Position numbers and translations under genes: made by a program. This document shows positions 25,137 through 37,305 of a DNA stretch of 64,000 bases, piece after piece. Numbering within the stretch: the stretch's first letter is position 1; the number at the start of each line of letters is the position of its first letter. The stretch comes from Elsinoe ampelina. Taxonomy: Eukaryota. The notes beneath the pieces were generated by a model. That model was given only the letters and a program-made list of their open reading frames with translations. It was not told where the DNA came from and searched no databases. Location of the stretch: contig ML992501.1 of assembly GCA_010093995.1 (NCBI GenBank), positions 2,545,320 through 2,609,319 of the forward strand, in the 5' to 3' direction.

Positions 25137-25805
25137 ATGCCATCCCTCGACGCCACCCTCGCAGTCCAATTCGACAAAGCCACCCTCGGCCTTACCATCG
25201 CCGTAATGCGCAAGCAGATCCTCGGTCCGCACACCCACCTTTTCTCGTTCTCAGCCGACTGACACTTCCCAGCCAACATCGAAACCCTCACCATTCCCCA
25301 CCGCCCGTCTCTCCACAACATCCACGGCCTCCATCCGACCCCCGCACCACGCTACAACGTCATCCTCTCCGAGCACGAACTCACCAGTATGCCTCTACTC
25401 CAGTACCAGGCTGCTGTCATCTGCTCCGACGCCGAAGGGATGCGCATGATTCTCCACGGAAAGAAAGAAGCGACCATCTGGGCGGCATACCGGGATTTGA
25501 TGAGGATCACGATGAGAGAAGTGGGGAAGAGGATGAGTGGTGGCTCGCCTGGGAGTGCTACCAGTGGAGTTATGGGGGATCGCGAAGGGCAGAGAGGAGG
25601 GATGAGGATGGAGATGGGACACAGGAGGGGTGGGAGTGGGGATAGTGGTGTTGCTGGGTTGGAGAGTCCGACTTCTGTTGGTGGAAGGGTGGAGGGATCG
25701 GTGCTTGGGGGGATGGGAGAGAGGGCGAGTTATGCTGGTGCTGAGAGGGAGGTAGGGAAGGGGGCGAAGAGCTTGAGGGTGTTGGGGCTTGAGGGGATGG
25801 AGTGA
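25137..25805 (+). CDS. Hypothetical protein (probably two exons)
   Basis: ATG in good context at 25137; short intron with ctgac branch and ccag acceptor near 25271, leading into the 25389-25805 frame. Confidence 0.55.
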
Positions 25806-26047
25806 GAATGCAGAACACCTACGAGATAGATTGGAGAGCAGATTTGGGAGCTTTGCGTATTGACTTCTCGAAATGCACACTTTGAGGCACTTTTCATGAT
25901 CATGTTGTGCGTGCCTGAAGGAGAGGTAGCCTTGTCATGAGTGACTGCACGTGAACGTCGGCCTTGGCGCGTCACTGGCTCAAAAAAGTTCGGTGCATTT
26001 CAGTCACTCCTCTCCACCTTACTCCCGCCGCTCATTTCATTCTCAAC

Positions 26048-28978
26048 ATGTCTGGACGGAAAGATTTTTTGAGCCAGCCGGCTCCGGAGAACTACGTCGC
26101 CGGTCTTGGTCGTGGTGCGACCGGCTTCACCACTCGTTCAGATCTAGGACCAGCCCGAGAAGGACCCAGCGAAGAGCAGATCAAGGAAGCTCTCGCGAAA
26201 CGCGCGGCAGCTTTGGGAGGTCCCGCACCAACGGCATATGGGCTCCCAGAGAAGAAGAAAGAGGAAGAAGAGGACGAGGCACGATTTCAAGATCCAGAGA
26301 ACGAGACCGGGCTGTTTGCTTCTGGGAACTACGACAGAGACGACGATGAAGCAGACCGGATATACCAAACGGTGGATGAGAAGATGGACAAGCGACGGCG
26401 AGCAAGAAGGTTAGTGTCCCCTACCCCTTTCCCCATTTCTGGCTTCTGCATTCTGCGTTCCAAAGAACAAGCGTTGAAGATCCAAAAGTCCTTGTCTGGC
26501 CAGATTACCGACGTGAAATTTCTCAACAGGGAAGAACGCGAAAAACGAGAACGAGACGAATACGAGCGCAACAACCCGAAGATCCAGCAGCAGTTTGCCG
26601 ACCTGAAACGAGCACTTGGAGGAGTGACGGATGAAGAATGGGCGAGCATACCAGAGGTGGGCGACCTGACGGGAAAGAATCGAAGGAGCAAGCAGCAGAT
26701 GCGAGAACGATTCTATGCTGTGCCGGATAGTGTACTTGCTGGAGCGAGAGATGCTGGGCAGATGGACACGACTGTGCAGGACGATGCGCCAAATGGAACA
26801 GCGAATGGTGCAGACGGGCTTGACGGGACGATCACGAACTTCGCAGACATCGGAGCGGCAAGAGATAAGGTATTGCAAGTCAGGCTGGACCAAGCTGCGG
26901 AAGGCACAGGCACAGAGACTGTTTCTGGGACGTCGACGACGATAGACCCGAAAGGATACCTCACATCGCTCACCAAGTCGGAGATCAAGGCTGGAGAGAT
27001 CCCGATAGCGGATGTCAATCGTGCGAGGACACTTTTGGACTCGGTGATCAAGACGAACATGAAGCACGGTCCTGGATGGATCGCTGCTGCTCGTCTGGAG
27101 GAATTTGCAGGCAAGATCGTCGCAGCGCGGAATAAGATTGCGCAAGGTTGCGAACACTGCCCGAAGAGCGAAGATGTCTGGTTAGAGGCCATCCGACTCA
27201 ACAGCTCTGGTGACCTGCACAACGCAAAAGTGATTGCGGCAAATGCTATCAAGAACAACAACCGATCAGTGCGACTCTGGATTGAAGCAATGAAGCTTGA
27301 GAACCTCCCAGCTGCGAAGAAAAAGGTACTCCGACAAGCGCTTGATCATGTGCCGCAGTCTGTGGCTATTTGGAAAGAAGCTGTCAATCTGGAAGAGGAC
27401 CCGGCTGATGCTCGTCTGCTACTTTGGAAGGCCACCGAGATTATCCCGTTGTCTGTCGAACTGTGGCTAGCGCTGGCTCGGCTAGAAACACCTGACAACG
27501 CGAAAAAGATTCTCAACAAAGCGTTGCAAGCTATTCCCACATCGCACGAGATCTGGATTGCGGGTGGTCGATTACAGGAACAGATGCGCAATGAGAACAT
27601 GGTGTCGAATATGATGAAGAACGCCATGAAGTCGCTCGCCAAGAAGAGCGCCATGTTGTCGCGCGAGGAGTGGATCGAGCAGGCTGAGCTGTGCGAGGAA
27701 GAAGGCGCACCACTCACCTGTAAGGCGATCATCGAGAACTCGCTTGGCTGGACGCTAGACGAGGACGACGACAGGAAGAAGATCTGGCTGGACGACGCGA
27801 AGAGCAGCATTGCGAGAGGAAGATATCAGACTGCTCGAGCCATCTATGCCTATGCCCTACGGGTCTTCAGCAATAGCAGCACCATCTGGATGGCGGCAGC
27901 GGACATGGAGCGTAATCATGGCGACCGGGACTCGTTGATCGATCTGCTAGAGAAGGCAGTTGAGGCATGTCCTAAGAACCACGAGCTTTGGATGTCGCTC
28001 GCCCGTGAGAAATGGCATGCAGGGAACCTCGACGATGCGAGAATTGTGCTTGGCAGAGCTTTCCAGGAGAACCCGAACAATGAGGACATTTGGCTAGCTG
28101 CTGTGAAGCTTGAAGCAGACAATGAGCAGTTCGACCAAGCTAGAGAATTGCTGGCCACGGCGAGACGAGAAGCGGGCACAGATCGTGTGTGGATCAAATC
28201 GGCCGCATTCGAGAGACAGCTTGGCGATCGAGAAGCGGCACTGGACCTGGTGAACCAAGCGCTGAACCTATACCCGAAGGCTGCTAAATTATGGTTGATG
28301 AAGGGTCAGATTTACGAGAGCAAGGGCATGATACCACAAGCGAGGGAAGCCTACAGCGCAGGCACGAGAGCATGCCCGAAGAGCGTACCACTCTGGCTGC
28401 TGGCTGTGAGACTGGAGGAGAAGGCTGGCGTCACAGTGAAGGCAAGGAGTATCCTCGATCGAGCACGCCTGGCGGTACCAAAGAATGGAGAGCTGTGGAC
28501 CGAGTCGGTGAGGTTGGAGAGAAGAGCTGGGAATATGCAAGCGGCAAATCAGAAGATGGCACAAGGTCTACAGGAAGTCATAGACAGTGGTCTGCTCTGG
28601 AGCGAGAAGATCTGGCACTTGGAGCCACGGACACAGAGGAAGCCGCGGTCATTGGAAGCGATACGGAAGGTCGACAATGATCCAATCTTGTTCGTCACAG
28701 TGGCACGCATCTTCTGGGGCGAGCGGAAACTTGACAAGGCTGCGACATGGTTCCAAAAAGCTGCGGTGCTCGATCCAGATTACGGCGATACCTGGGCCTG
28801 GTGGTACAAATTCTTGCTACAGCACGGGACAGAGGAGAAGCAGCAGGAGGTCATTAGCAAGTGTGTCATGAACGAGCCCAAGCATGGTGAGATCTGGCAA
28901 GCTGTGGCTAAGGCCCCGGAGAATGCCAGGCTCAGTGTGGAAGAGGTACTCAAGCTGGTCGTGGCTAAGCTGGAGTAG
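26048..28978 (+). CDS. PRP6: Pre-mRNA splicing factor Prp6 (U5/tri-snRNP, HAT/TPR repeats); intron 26410-26529
   Basis: DFLSQPAPENYVAGLGRGATGFTTRSDLGPA, KIQQQFADLKR and IDPKGYLT, followed by many HAT repeats. Confidence 0.97.
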   Translation: MSGRKDFLSQPAPENYVAGLGRGATGFTTRSDLGPAREGPSEEQIKEALAKRAAALGGPAPTAYGLPEKKKEEEEDEARFQDPENETGLFASGNYDRDDDEADRIYQTVDEKMDKRRRARRLVSPTPFPISGFCILRSKEQALKIQKSLSGQITDVKFLNREEREKRERDEYERNNPKIQQQFADLKRALGGVTDEEWASIPEVGDLTGKNRRSKQQMRERFYAVPDSVLAGARDAGQMDTTVQDDAPNGTANGADGLDGTITNFADIGAARDKVLQVRLDQAAEGTGTETVSGTSTTIDPKGYLTSLTKSEIKAGEIPIADVNRARTLLDSVIKTNMKHGPGWIAAARLEEFAGKIVAARNKIAQGCEHCPKSEDVWLEAIRLNSSGDLHNAKVIAANAIKNNNRSVRLWIEAMKLENLPAAKKKVLRQALDHVPQSVAIWKEAVNLEEDPADARLLLWKATEIIPLSVELWLALARLETPDNAKKILNKALQAIPTSHEIWIAGGRLQEQMRNENMVSNMMKNAMKSLAKKSAMLSREEWIEQAELCEEEGAPLTCKAIIENSLGWTLDEDDDRKKIWLDDAKSSIARGRYQTARAIYAYALRVFSNSSTIWMAAADMERNHGDRDSLIDLLEKAVEACPKNHELWMSLAREKWHAGNLDDARIVLGRAFQENPNNEDIWLAAVKLEADNEQFDQARELLATARREAGTDRVWIKSAAFERQLGDREAALDLVNQALNLYPKAAKLWLMKGQIYESKGMIPQAREAYSAGTRACPKSVPLWLLAVRLEEKAGVTVKARSILDRARLAVPKNGELWTESVRLERRAGNMQAANQKMAQGLQEVIDSGLLWSEKIWHLEPRTQRKPRSLEAIRKVDNDPILFVTVARIFWGERKLDKAATWFQKAAVLDPDYGDTWAWWYKFLLQHGTEEKQQEVISKCVMNEPKHGEIWQAVAKAPENARLSVEEVLKLVVAKLE

Positions 28979-29526
28979 AGGGGCAAATCGTGGACAGATT
29001 AATGAGCCCTAGATAGGCGATATGATACCCGGTAGATCATGAAGCTTAGCTTACGACCTCACTTCTTGCCTCTCACAAGACGGTGTCAAAGTCCGATGGA
29101 AAAGGCCGATGTCTTACCGACTGTTGCTTTCTTTTGTTCCTACCCCAATTTTCGCGTTGGAGTAAAAGTGTTCGTGATGCGTTCCTGCAGAATCGAGTGA
29201 CGTCAAGGCGTTTTGAGTGCCGGGCTGAGGACATTCCTGCATCATCCGTTTTATATTTGCTCTTGCTCCTTCATCTGTCGATCTCCAATTTGCGAATTTT
29301 GACACTCTCAAGGTGAGTTCAGTCACTACATCCTCTTGAGCTTCTGCCACTTCAAGACCTCCTGTAGGACGTTGGGAAGGACAACGTCATGTCACTCTCT
29401 GCCCCACTTCGCAGACGCTTACCCCTCGTCACAAACAAAGCTTCACCGACGGCTTCACTTACACGAATTAGACCAAGCTATTCCCACAAGACTCCAACCA
29501 GATCCTTCACCACCACATACCCAACC

Positions 29527-30243
29527 ATGTCTTTCAGCAACACCTCCACTGGCGACAAGCCCGCCGACCCCTATGTCAAGAAGAACATCGACCCCGCAGA
29601 CCTCAAGGAGAAGGTAGAGGACCTCATCAGCTTCGTCGAGAAGCAAAAGTTCTGCCTGATGACCACCCGCATCGGTAGCACTGGACAACTGGCATCTCGT
29701 TGCATGGCTCTGGCCGCAAAGGTACAATACACTCTACCCTCCGCTCCTCTGGCCAACACTAACCGTCCCCCAGGAAGGCAACGGCGTCGACCTCATCTTC
29801 CACGCCAACTCCGAATCCGGCAAGACCGACGACCTCGAATCCGATCCCAAGATCAACCTTGGATTCCTCGCCAGCTCAGGCGAATGGGCCTCCATCTCCG
29901 GCGATGCCTCCATCGAGTCCGATCGCGAGAAGGTCCGCAAGTACTACTCCGCACACCTCAAGGCGTGGATCGGTGACCTTGGTGACGGCAAGCACGATGG
30001 TGGACCAGAAGATCCCAGGATCGTCGTCATCAAGGTCAAGGCTCAGACTGTGCAATATGCCATCAGTCGCAGGACGGCGATTGGTAGCGCGGTCGAGGTT
30101 GCCAAGGGTGTGGTGACTGGTGAGGCGCCGCAGATCAACAAGCTGAGGCATTTAGATGAGAGCGAGTTGCAGCAGTGTACGTATATCGGCAAGGACACTC
30201 GGAGGGACCATACTGACAATATCTAGGGCGCTCTTCTGCATAA
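29527..30243 (+). CDS. bli-3: BLI-3-like protein (FMN-binding split barrel); possible N-terminal extension from 29389
   Basis: MSFSNTSTGDKPADPY, LASRCMALAAK, GVDLIFHANSESGKTDDL, KAWIGDLGDGKHDGGPEDPRI; two introns. Confidence 0.9.
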
Positions 30244-30587
30244 GCGACACGAATTCAGCGTCATACACAGGAGAATGCATATCGAGCTGATGGAAGAGTG
30301 ACGGTCAAGCGACCTCAAGACAAAATCGACAGCGGGTATACCTTAGATACAGCTTCATCATACTTCAACCATAATGCCAGCCATTGAACTCCATACCGTC
30401 GGAAACGCTACAATGTTGCCAACCCGCCCAATCCCATGCCACCATCCCCAAAGTTCCCTGCTCATTCATATCCCAATTCCAAAACCAAAACGCCTGCCAT
30501 TGCTGGCCCCATCTATCCCCTCCAAAACAGAAAAGGCAGAGGTACAGTCCTCCCTCCACCTACCCCATTGCACTGTCGTTCAAAATC

Positions 30588-31739
30588 TCATCCCTTCTTC
30601 CCACCCAACAATCCCCCAACCCCCCTCTGCCCCGCGCCCCCAGTAGCCACAGCCTCATACCCCCCCTCCCCCACCCTCTTCCCCCGTCTCACACACTCCA
30701 ACACCCATTCCGCGCTCACGTACCTCACCCCCTTCCCGCCCGCGCTCCTCACCCTCGAAATCTCCTTCTGTATCTTCCCCGCAGCCAACGCGCCTCCCGC
30801 CCCTCGCCCGGAAACATTGGGTGTGCTCGCGAAACTAGTGGAGGAAGAAGTGGAAGGGAGGCCGAGGATGACGTGCGTGACGGCGCGGCGGGAGAGGGAG
30901 ATGGAGAGATTGGCGCCGTGGGTGGAGAGGAGGTGTTTGAGTTTGTGGTCGGAGATTAAGGGGTAGGTGGAGCCGTTGATGTAGATTGTTAGGTTGCGGA
31001 AGATTTGAGGGGGGGCAGGGGGGTGGGTGAGGGTTGGGTCGGGAGGGGGTGAGGGAGGGGAGGAAGCGGGGTTGGAGGGGTGGGGAGGATCGAGGGGCCG
31101 GCGGATTGTGTCGGGAGAGGAGAGGGAGGAGTTGGGTGAGAAGGAGGCGAGGAGGGTGTCGTCGAAGTCGGGGGAGGGGGGGGCTGGAGGGTTGGGGTCC
31201 TGGCGGGAGGGAGGGGAGGGTGGTGTGGAGATTGGAGGGTTCTGAGGTGGTGGCATCTTGGTCGGAGATGGCTTCGTGTGGCTGGTCGCTTTCGGGGGAT
31301 TGAGAGGTGGTGATGGGCTGCGTGAACCGTAGGCTGGAGTCTCGAACGAGAGGTTTCGTTTCATCCTCTTCGACTCCCTCTCAACTGTCGCTCGTTCGTC
31401 CGCTGCTGTGCCAGGCCCGGGCTTGACTCCAAAGCTCTCCCAAAGACTGACTTGTCCCGTGCCTCGATCCCTGACGACGCCCCTCTTCCATCCCCCATTG
31501 GCTGTCCTCTCACCCTTGACAAAACTCTCGCTCCCAGCTCCCACAGTGTCTGCAACTCGCTTTCCACCAGTCAGACCAGCCCTGAACTGCTCGCATAGTT
31601 TTGCCGAGCGCGAGTCACGCCATGAAGTGCTCCCAGAGAGCCTGTTCTCTGCACGCTGATGGCCAGTAGAGGACGAATTCCATGGATCAAAGATTTCTCG
31701 TTTTGGCTTCGCTGCTGTCGGAAAATTGGGTGGAGCCAT
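30588..31739 (-). CDS. BRCT-domain protein with Pro-rich linker
   Basis: FDPWNSSSTGHQRAE N-terminal motif; IFRNLTIYINGSTYPLISDHKLKHLL..HGA..VTHVIL..YVSAEWVLEC BRCT pattern. Confidence 0.85.
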   Translation of the reverse strand: MAPPNFPTAAKPKREIFDPWNSSSTGHQRAENRLSGSTSWRDSRSAKLCEQFRAGLTGGKRVADTVGAGSESFVKGERTANGGWKRGVVRDRGTGQVSLWESFGVKPGPGTAADERATVERESKRMKRNLSFETPAYGSRSPSPPLNPPKATSHTKPSPTKMPPPQNPPISTPPSPPSRQDPNPPAPPSPDFDDTLLASFSPNSSLSSPDTIRRPLDPPHPSNPASSPPSPPPDPTLTHPPAPPQIFRNLTIYINGSTYPLISDHKLKHLLSTHGANLSISLSRRAVTHVILGLPSTSSSTSFASTPNVSGRGAGGALAAGKIQKEISRVRSAGGKGVRYVSAEWVLECVRRGKRVGEGGYEAVATGGAGQRGVGGLLGGKKG

Positions 31740-32124
31740 TGTATGAGTTGTGCTGTATTCGAGCTTGTTTACGATTAGACGGGGGTGGCGAACTGCATTG
31801 TTTGGTTCATGGTCTAGTAGCAAGTGGTCAATCGAAGTGATGACCAGCAATTTGCGTGATTTTACGACCGTCTAATAACGGCCATTCGTTGTTGAAAGGT
31901 AATATGAGAAAAGAAAATGGTGTCGAGTGTGGTGGTACAGGACGAGCACGCGTAAAGTGGGTCGCGGTATCATGTGATTGCCAAGAAAACAATTAAGATT
32001 CCCGATTTGGGACGCGTCTGACTACAGGTGCTCTTGTTGTCTTTCACTTTGACAGCAACTCTCAGAATCGCACAGCCAGGCCCTTCTGCCGGTCTGCAGC
32101 GATGCACTCGGACTTCAGACAACC

Positions 32125-33411
32125 ATGGAAGCCTTTGTGACGAAGAAGAGACCATGCCCAACCCAAACTTCTGAACAACTTAGCGAGGAGGATTCAACCG
32201 AGGTCAAGCTGGTCATTTTGGAGTCTCTACAGCCTGGACTGTCTCAAGACATTCTTCTGGAGGCATTGCTGGCCAGTGATGGCGATGTGGAGAAAGCAGC
32301 AGCATCTTTGAGCGGCGAAGAAATTGTGCCACCTCCAACCAAGCGCTTTCGGAGTGTAGGATATCAGTCATCTCTGTCAAGCACATTCAAAACTCCTGAT
32401 GGAGCGCCTGTATCTGGTACGCCTAGACAGCTGACCAAGAAGGGTCGGACCCTCCACCTGTTCACCCCCGAGGACATTGAAAACCACACGCCATGCTCGA
32501 TCATCCACAATTTCTTGCCACCTGCTCAGGCCGATGCACTACTACTCGAGCTACTCGAGGAAGCCCCAACTTACTGGAAAGGCGAGTTTCAGCTTTTCGA
32601 TCGGACCGTGATCTCGCCACATACCTTCTGCTTCTATGTTACGGACGAGAAGGCGGCCGACGAGCAAAGAAAGGACTACTACTACCAGGGCGCAGAAGTG
32701 CCAGACGTCCGAATCCTCAAACCAGAGATGCAGAAGATACGAGGCCGCGTAGAGGAGACAGTCAACAACGAAATCCAACGACGCATCCGAGACTTCTACC
32801 CAGGCGGCAAGAAGCTCCGCTACCAAAACCCCAAGCCCTTTGACGCCAACTGCGCCTTCGTCAACGTCTACGCGGGCGGCGCCGAAAACGTAGGCTACCA
32901 CGCAGACCAGCTCACCTATCTCGGACCACGGGCAGTCATCGGCTCCCTCTCCCTCGGCGTCGCTCGCGAATTCAGAGTCCGCCGCATCGTCCCCCGAGAC
33001 AAGGACGACAAAGCCGCCGACGACGCCGCGGCGGATGCTCAAGGGCAAATCGCAATTCATCTACCGCACAACTCTCTACTCGTCATGCATGCAGAGATGC
33101 AGGAGGAATGGAAGCACAGCATCGCTCCTGCGGCGAGTATAGATCCTCATCCTCTGGCGGGGAATAAGCGGATCAATATCACCTACAGGCATTACAAGGA
33201 GAGTATGCATCCGCGTTTCACGCCGAGGTGTAAGTGTGGTGTTCCGGTGAGTCTGAAGTGTAGCATGAAGAGCGCGGTGAACAGGGGCCGGTATATGTGG
33301 ACGTGCGATATGAGCTATCAGATCGGGCAGAAGGGGTGTAATTTCTTTGAATGGGCGGAGTTTGATGATGATGGGGAGCCTTTGTGGCCGGCTAAGCGGG
33401 GAGGGAAGTGA
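32125..33411 (+). CDS. AlkB-family 2OG-Fe(II) dioxygenase with N-terminal CUE-like and C-terminal GRF zinc-finger domains
   Basis: VGYHAD (HxD), SLSLG..REFRVR, WKHSI, RINITYR; C-terminal CKCG..NRGRYMWTC..GCNFFEW; N-terminal LLEALLASDGDVEKA. Confidence 0.9.
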   Translation: MEAFVTKKRPCPTQTSEQLSEEDSTEVKLVILESLQPGLSQDILLEALLASDGDVEKAAASLSGEEIVPPPTKRFRSVGYQSSLSSTFKTPDGAPVSGTPRQLTKKGRTLHLFTPEDIENHTPCSIIHNFLPPAQADALLLELLEEAPTYWKGEFQLFDRTVISPHTFCFYVTDEKAADEQRKDYYYQGAEVPDVRILKPEMQKIRGRVEETVNNEIQRRIRDFYPGGKKLRYQNPKPFDANCAFVNVYAGGAENVGYHADQLTYLGPRAVIGSLSLGVAREFRVRRIVPRDKDDKAADDAAADAQGQIAIHLPHNSLLVMHAEMQEEWKHSIAPAASIDPHPLAGNKRINITYRHYKESMHPRFTPRCKCGVPVSLKCSMKSAVNRGRYMWTCDMSYQIGQKGCNFFEWAEFDDDGEPLWPAKRGGK

Positions 33412-33539
33412 GAAACATGTTTCATGGATGAAATGTAGGTGCTTGGGCTGGTTGGATAGATCCAATGGGAACAACAAAAGCTGCATTACCTCATGTGTCA
33501 TCATCATTCGTCATGCGTATATGTGCAGGGATGTTAGAA

Positions 33540-36500
33540 CTACATCAACAGCCACGGCCAACGCATCGGCAATGGCTTCTTCTTCACCCCTTTGCTCAAC
33601 AGATAACGAACCACTTCAACATGGTTCTTCTGAACCGCCACGTCCAAGGGTCTGATCTTCGCATCTTCGCCGCCATGTAGATCTGCTCCCGCATTGACGA
33701 GTACTTTGACAGCCTCTAATTGCCCCGCTGCGGCTGCGACGCAGAGCGCTGTGCCTTCGGAAGTCACGCGATCAACAGCGAGACAACCCTTCTTCAAGTA
33801 CCAACTTAATCTTCCAACTCTCCCGTCGCTGGCATGCTTGCATAAGTAGTACTGGTAGCTCTCGTGTCCTTCATGGATGATTCTTGGACCGAAATGCTCC
33901 ACAAGAATCGCAGCCAAATGCTCATGTCCAGCTTGCACGGCGTAGCAATGTGCAGTGCAGCCTCGTTTCTTCTCTGTTGTCGCTGTGACGCCTGCGTCAA
34001 GTAGCCATCTCAAGAGGTCTCCTCGGCCCCTGTATGCGGCAAAGTGGAGTGGAGTCAGACCGTCGTTGTCTGCAAGGTTGACATCCGCGCCCCGGGAAAG
34101 CAGCAATTGTACGACCTCCAAGTGTCCCCAATTGACTGCACGACTCAACGCTGTAGATCCCCTGGCGGTCTGCTCGTTGATCTCGGCACCCCGGTCAAGT
34201 AACAGTCTCGCGGTGTCGGGCTCTCCTGACTTCATGGCAGCGTGTAGTGGATGACTGCCGCGACGATTTGCCAAGTTCACGTGCGCTCCGTGATCTAGCA
34301 ATGCAGGCAGTACGTTTGTTTTACCCTCCGCACAAGCGAATATGATCGCCAGTTCCTCTCCGCAAGCGAGTGATTTGATGGACGCACCGCTTTTCAGTAG
34401 GAGCTCTACCAGAGGCAGGTCACCGCGTCTAGAAGCGATCGAAAGCGCTGTTGTGAAGGTCGTACTGTGATACGCTTCTAGCTCGGCTCCATAGGACAAG
34501 AGAAGACTGACCAACTCCGCCTTTCCAGCAATCGCAGACTGCATCAAAGGAGTTATGTTGTACTTTTGGCGCACGTTCACGTCCGCTCCACGTTCCAGTA
34601 GCATTCTGACGATCTCAACATGACCCATGTAAACAGCATTTGCCAGTGGGGTACCTCCTTCGCTGTCTTTGACATCGATAAGTGCTCCAGCAAGTAATAG
34701 AATCCTCACTACCTCAATCGAACCATTCCAGGTGGCATGAAACAGAGGTGGGGACTTCTCGTCTGCTGCGTTGACGTCTGCACCATGGTCCAGCAGTAAT
34801 TTCAACACTGCTACGTGCCCCTGGTCTATTGCTGCAGTCAAAGCGGTCATGCCGGATTTGGCGTTAATATCCTGAACATCTGGAAACATGAGCCCGACGA
34901 TTTCAAGCTCACCCTCGTAACAGGCATTTACAAATGCCCACACGCGAGCGTCGGGGACTGTCGAGTCTCCAAGCTTCGCGCCGTATGAAAGTAGCAGCCT
35001 CGCTACATCCCACTTCCCAGAAACACACATACGACATAACGGTGTCAACATGTTGCTGTCAATGGTGTTGGGACTCGCTCCAGCTTCGAGAAGCAGCCGT
35101 GCGACATCGAGATTGTCCATTAGTGAAGCCATTAACAATACGGAAAGATCCCCGTCGCAGACAGCGTTGACGTCCGCGCCAAGGTTGATCATTGTCTTTG
35201 TAGCGCTGACAGCGTCGGGATTAGACACAGCACAGAAAAGAGGTGTAAATCCGCTCTTGTCACGGTTGTTGACGTCTGCTCCTTTGGTGAAACAATATGT
35301 TAGCAAAGAGATGCGACTGTGTTCGGCGGCAATATGGATTGCCGATACTTTATCACCATCAGGTGTGCCTACCAGCTTGTTGAGTTGTCCTGCTGCTGGC
35401 AAATGAATAACATTACTAAGCGGGTTTTGATCGTTGTGGTGGCCGTTGTGCAGACCGCTGGCGTCTCCGCTCTCGTAGGGACAGCTGTCATGGTCATCGC
35501 TGCAAGGACCAAATCCGTCCCTCTGAAGTAGAGCTCGCACAATACTTGACAGATTGTTCTGGAGGGCAATGTGCAATAGGCTCCTACCGTCCGCTTGTTG
35601 AATATTGGAACCGTCGTCTCCCAGCATTAATCTACACATCGTATACAGTCGAAGCCAGCTTCGGATTGTAGTATCGGTACCCCACTGTAGTACTTGGACC
35701 GCGTACTCGCAATCGGGATCGTGCAACTCGCATTGAATTGCATGATATAACCAAGCCTGCACAGCGTAGGCTAAGAAAGGATACTGGTGGAAGACGATCG
35801 AGGTAAGTATCTTCTGATGGGCTAAGTCTAGTATGATGGGAGATCCAAGGTAGCTCAAGCAAGCCTGCAGGAGCAAAAGATTGGCGGAAGCGTCCCAATG
35901 CGGTTTCACCATGGAATCATTCGTTCTGCGAACGTTGGAACTTTCTCTGAGAACAAAGTCGCGAGCAGTTTGATGAATGAACTGCACCGCCGAATCTGGT
36001 GCTGAGGACTTGATCTCGACCAATCCTCGGGAAAGGCGTTTAATCCTCTTAATGGTATGTCGGCGACCTGTGTTGCCCAGGGAGTAGTTCACAGGCTTTA
36101 CAGAAGTGGCAGTAGCAAGATTGAACGCGATCAAGAATTCGTCTGTCGACAACGGCCTGCAACTGTAGCATATCAGCTGCATAATGATAGAAGCATCGTT
36201 GATGTCTTCTGGCCTGATGCTTGCAACTAGACCGTGGTACATTGCGCTCAGTTCAGAAGGCATCGCGTTGATATGTCGAAGCAGATCGTCCTCGTCATAC
36301 TCGCTAGCCTTTTCATCTTGTATCATGTCGAATGTGACTAGCCGTACCCAATGCATCACGCCCAGCGCTCGGTCACAGATGCGCTCCGTAATGGCGTCGC
36401 TATCTTCTCGCGGAAGACCCAGCGGATCAAGCCAGTATTTGACTGCAAGATTGATGTCGCCGCTGTTATGCTCATCGACATGGATTAGATGATCAAATGA

Positions 36501-37305
36501 TGGAATAATTTCTGGCCAAGCGCGGCCGGATATGATTGTCTCAAGTCGATTGATCCCCTGAGATTCTAGCGTGGATAGGTTGAAAAAATACTGTGAAAGC
36601 GCTCGTAGCTCATGTGTTGGATGCGAGCTTTCATCCAGTGCGTCGATGAGGATGGTCAAGTTTTCAAGTTCCAGACACTGTTTGGCCAGAAATTCAAAAT
36701 CCATTTCCAACCATTGTATTGACCACGAAAGATCCGCCAGATTGGGGAGGTTTTCATCTACACATCGCCGATAGAGTCGAATGAGGTAGGCCACAAAATG
36801 ATCGTCAGACGCCAAAGTTATCAGCTGATAGATGAACTTGCGATACATGCCTCGTTTAGTGCGTTGGACGCCTTGGTCTCTAGCATCGAAGAAGTGCGCC
36901 AAGAGGAAACTACTCCTAGTCATATCCGCATTGAAGTGAGACTCCAGTGCTTTCATCAGAGTCGATTTCCCAGCGCCGGGTTTGCCAGACAACCAGAGCA
37001 GGCCACCTTGCTCGCACCATGACTGGTAGTTCTCGTCTTGGAAGATCCACTGGCAGGTTCCTGGGATTGGTCTGGTCACGTCGTTTTCACGACTACGCAT
37101 CCCGTTGAAAGCCATTATTTTCATGACATCTACTGACATGTCAGAGAAGGTCTCTGGCGGAAGATCCCCCAACACCACTTGCCTTGTCTCTCTTGGAGAA
37201 TGACGCTTTGGTCTAGCACAGACCCGGTCACTTGAAGGGTCATACCCGATGGCGTCGCTCGCTTGTCCAGTTCTCTCAGCCTTCCTAGAGGGGTCGAAGA
37301 CATCC
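33540..37305 (-). CDS. NACHT NTPase + ankyrin repeats (3' part of a fungal NLR-like gene)
   Basis: GTCQWI..LLWLSGKPGAGKSTLMK Walker A, ILIDALDE Walker B, VQFIHQTARDF, many ANK repeats; frame open upstream to ~37305. Confidence 0.9.
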
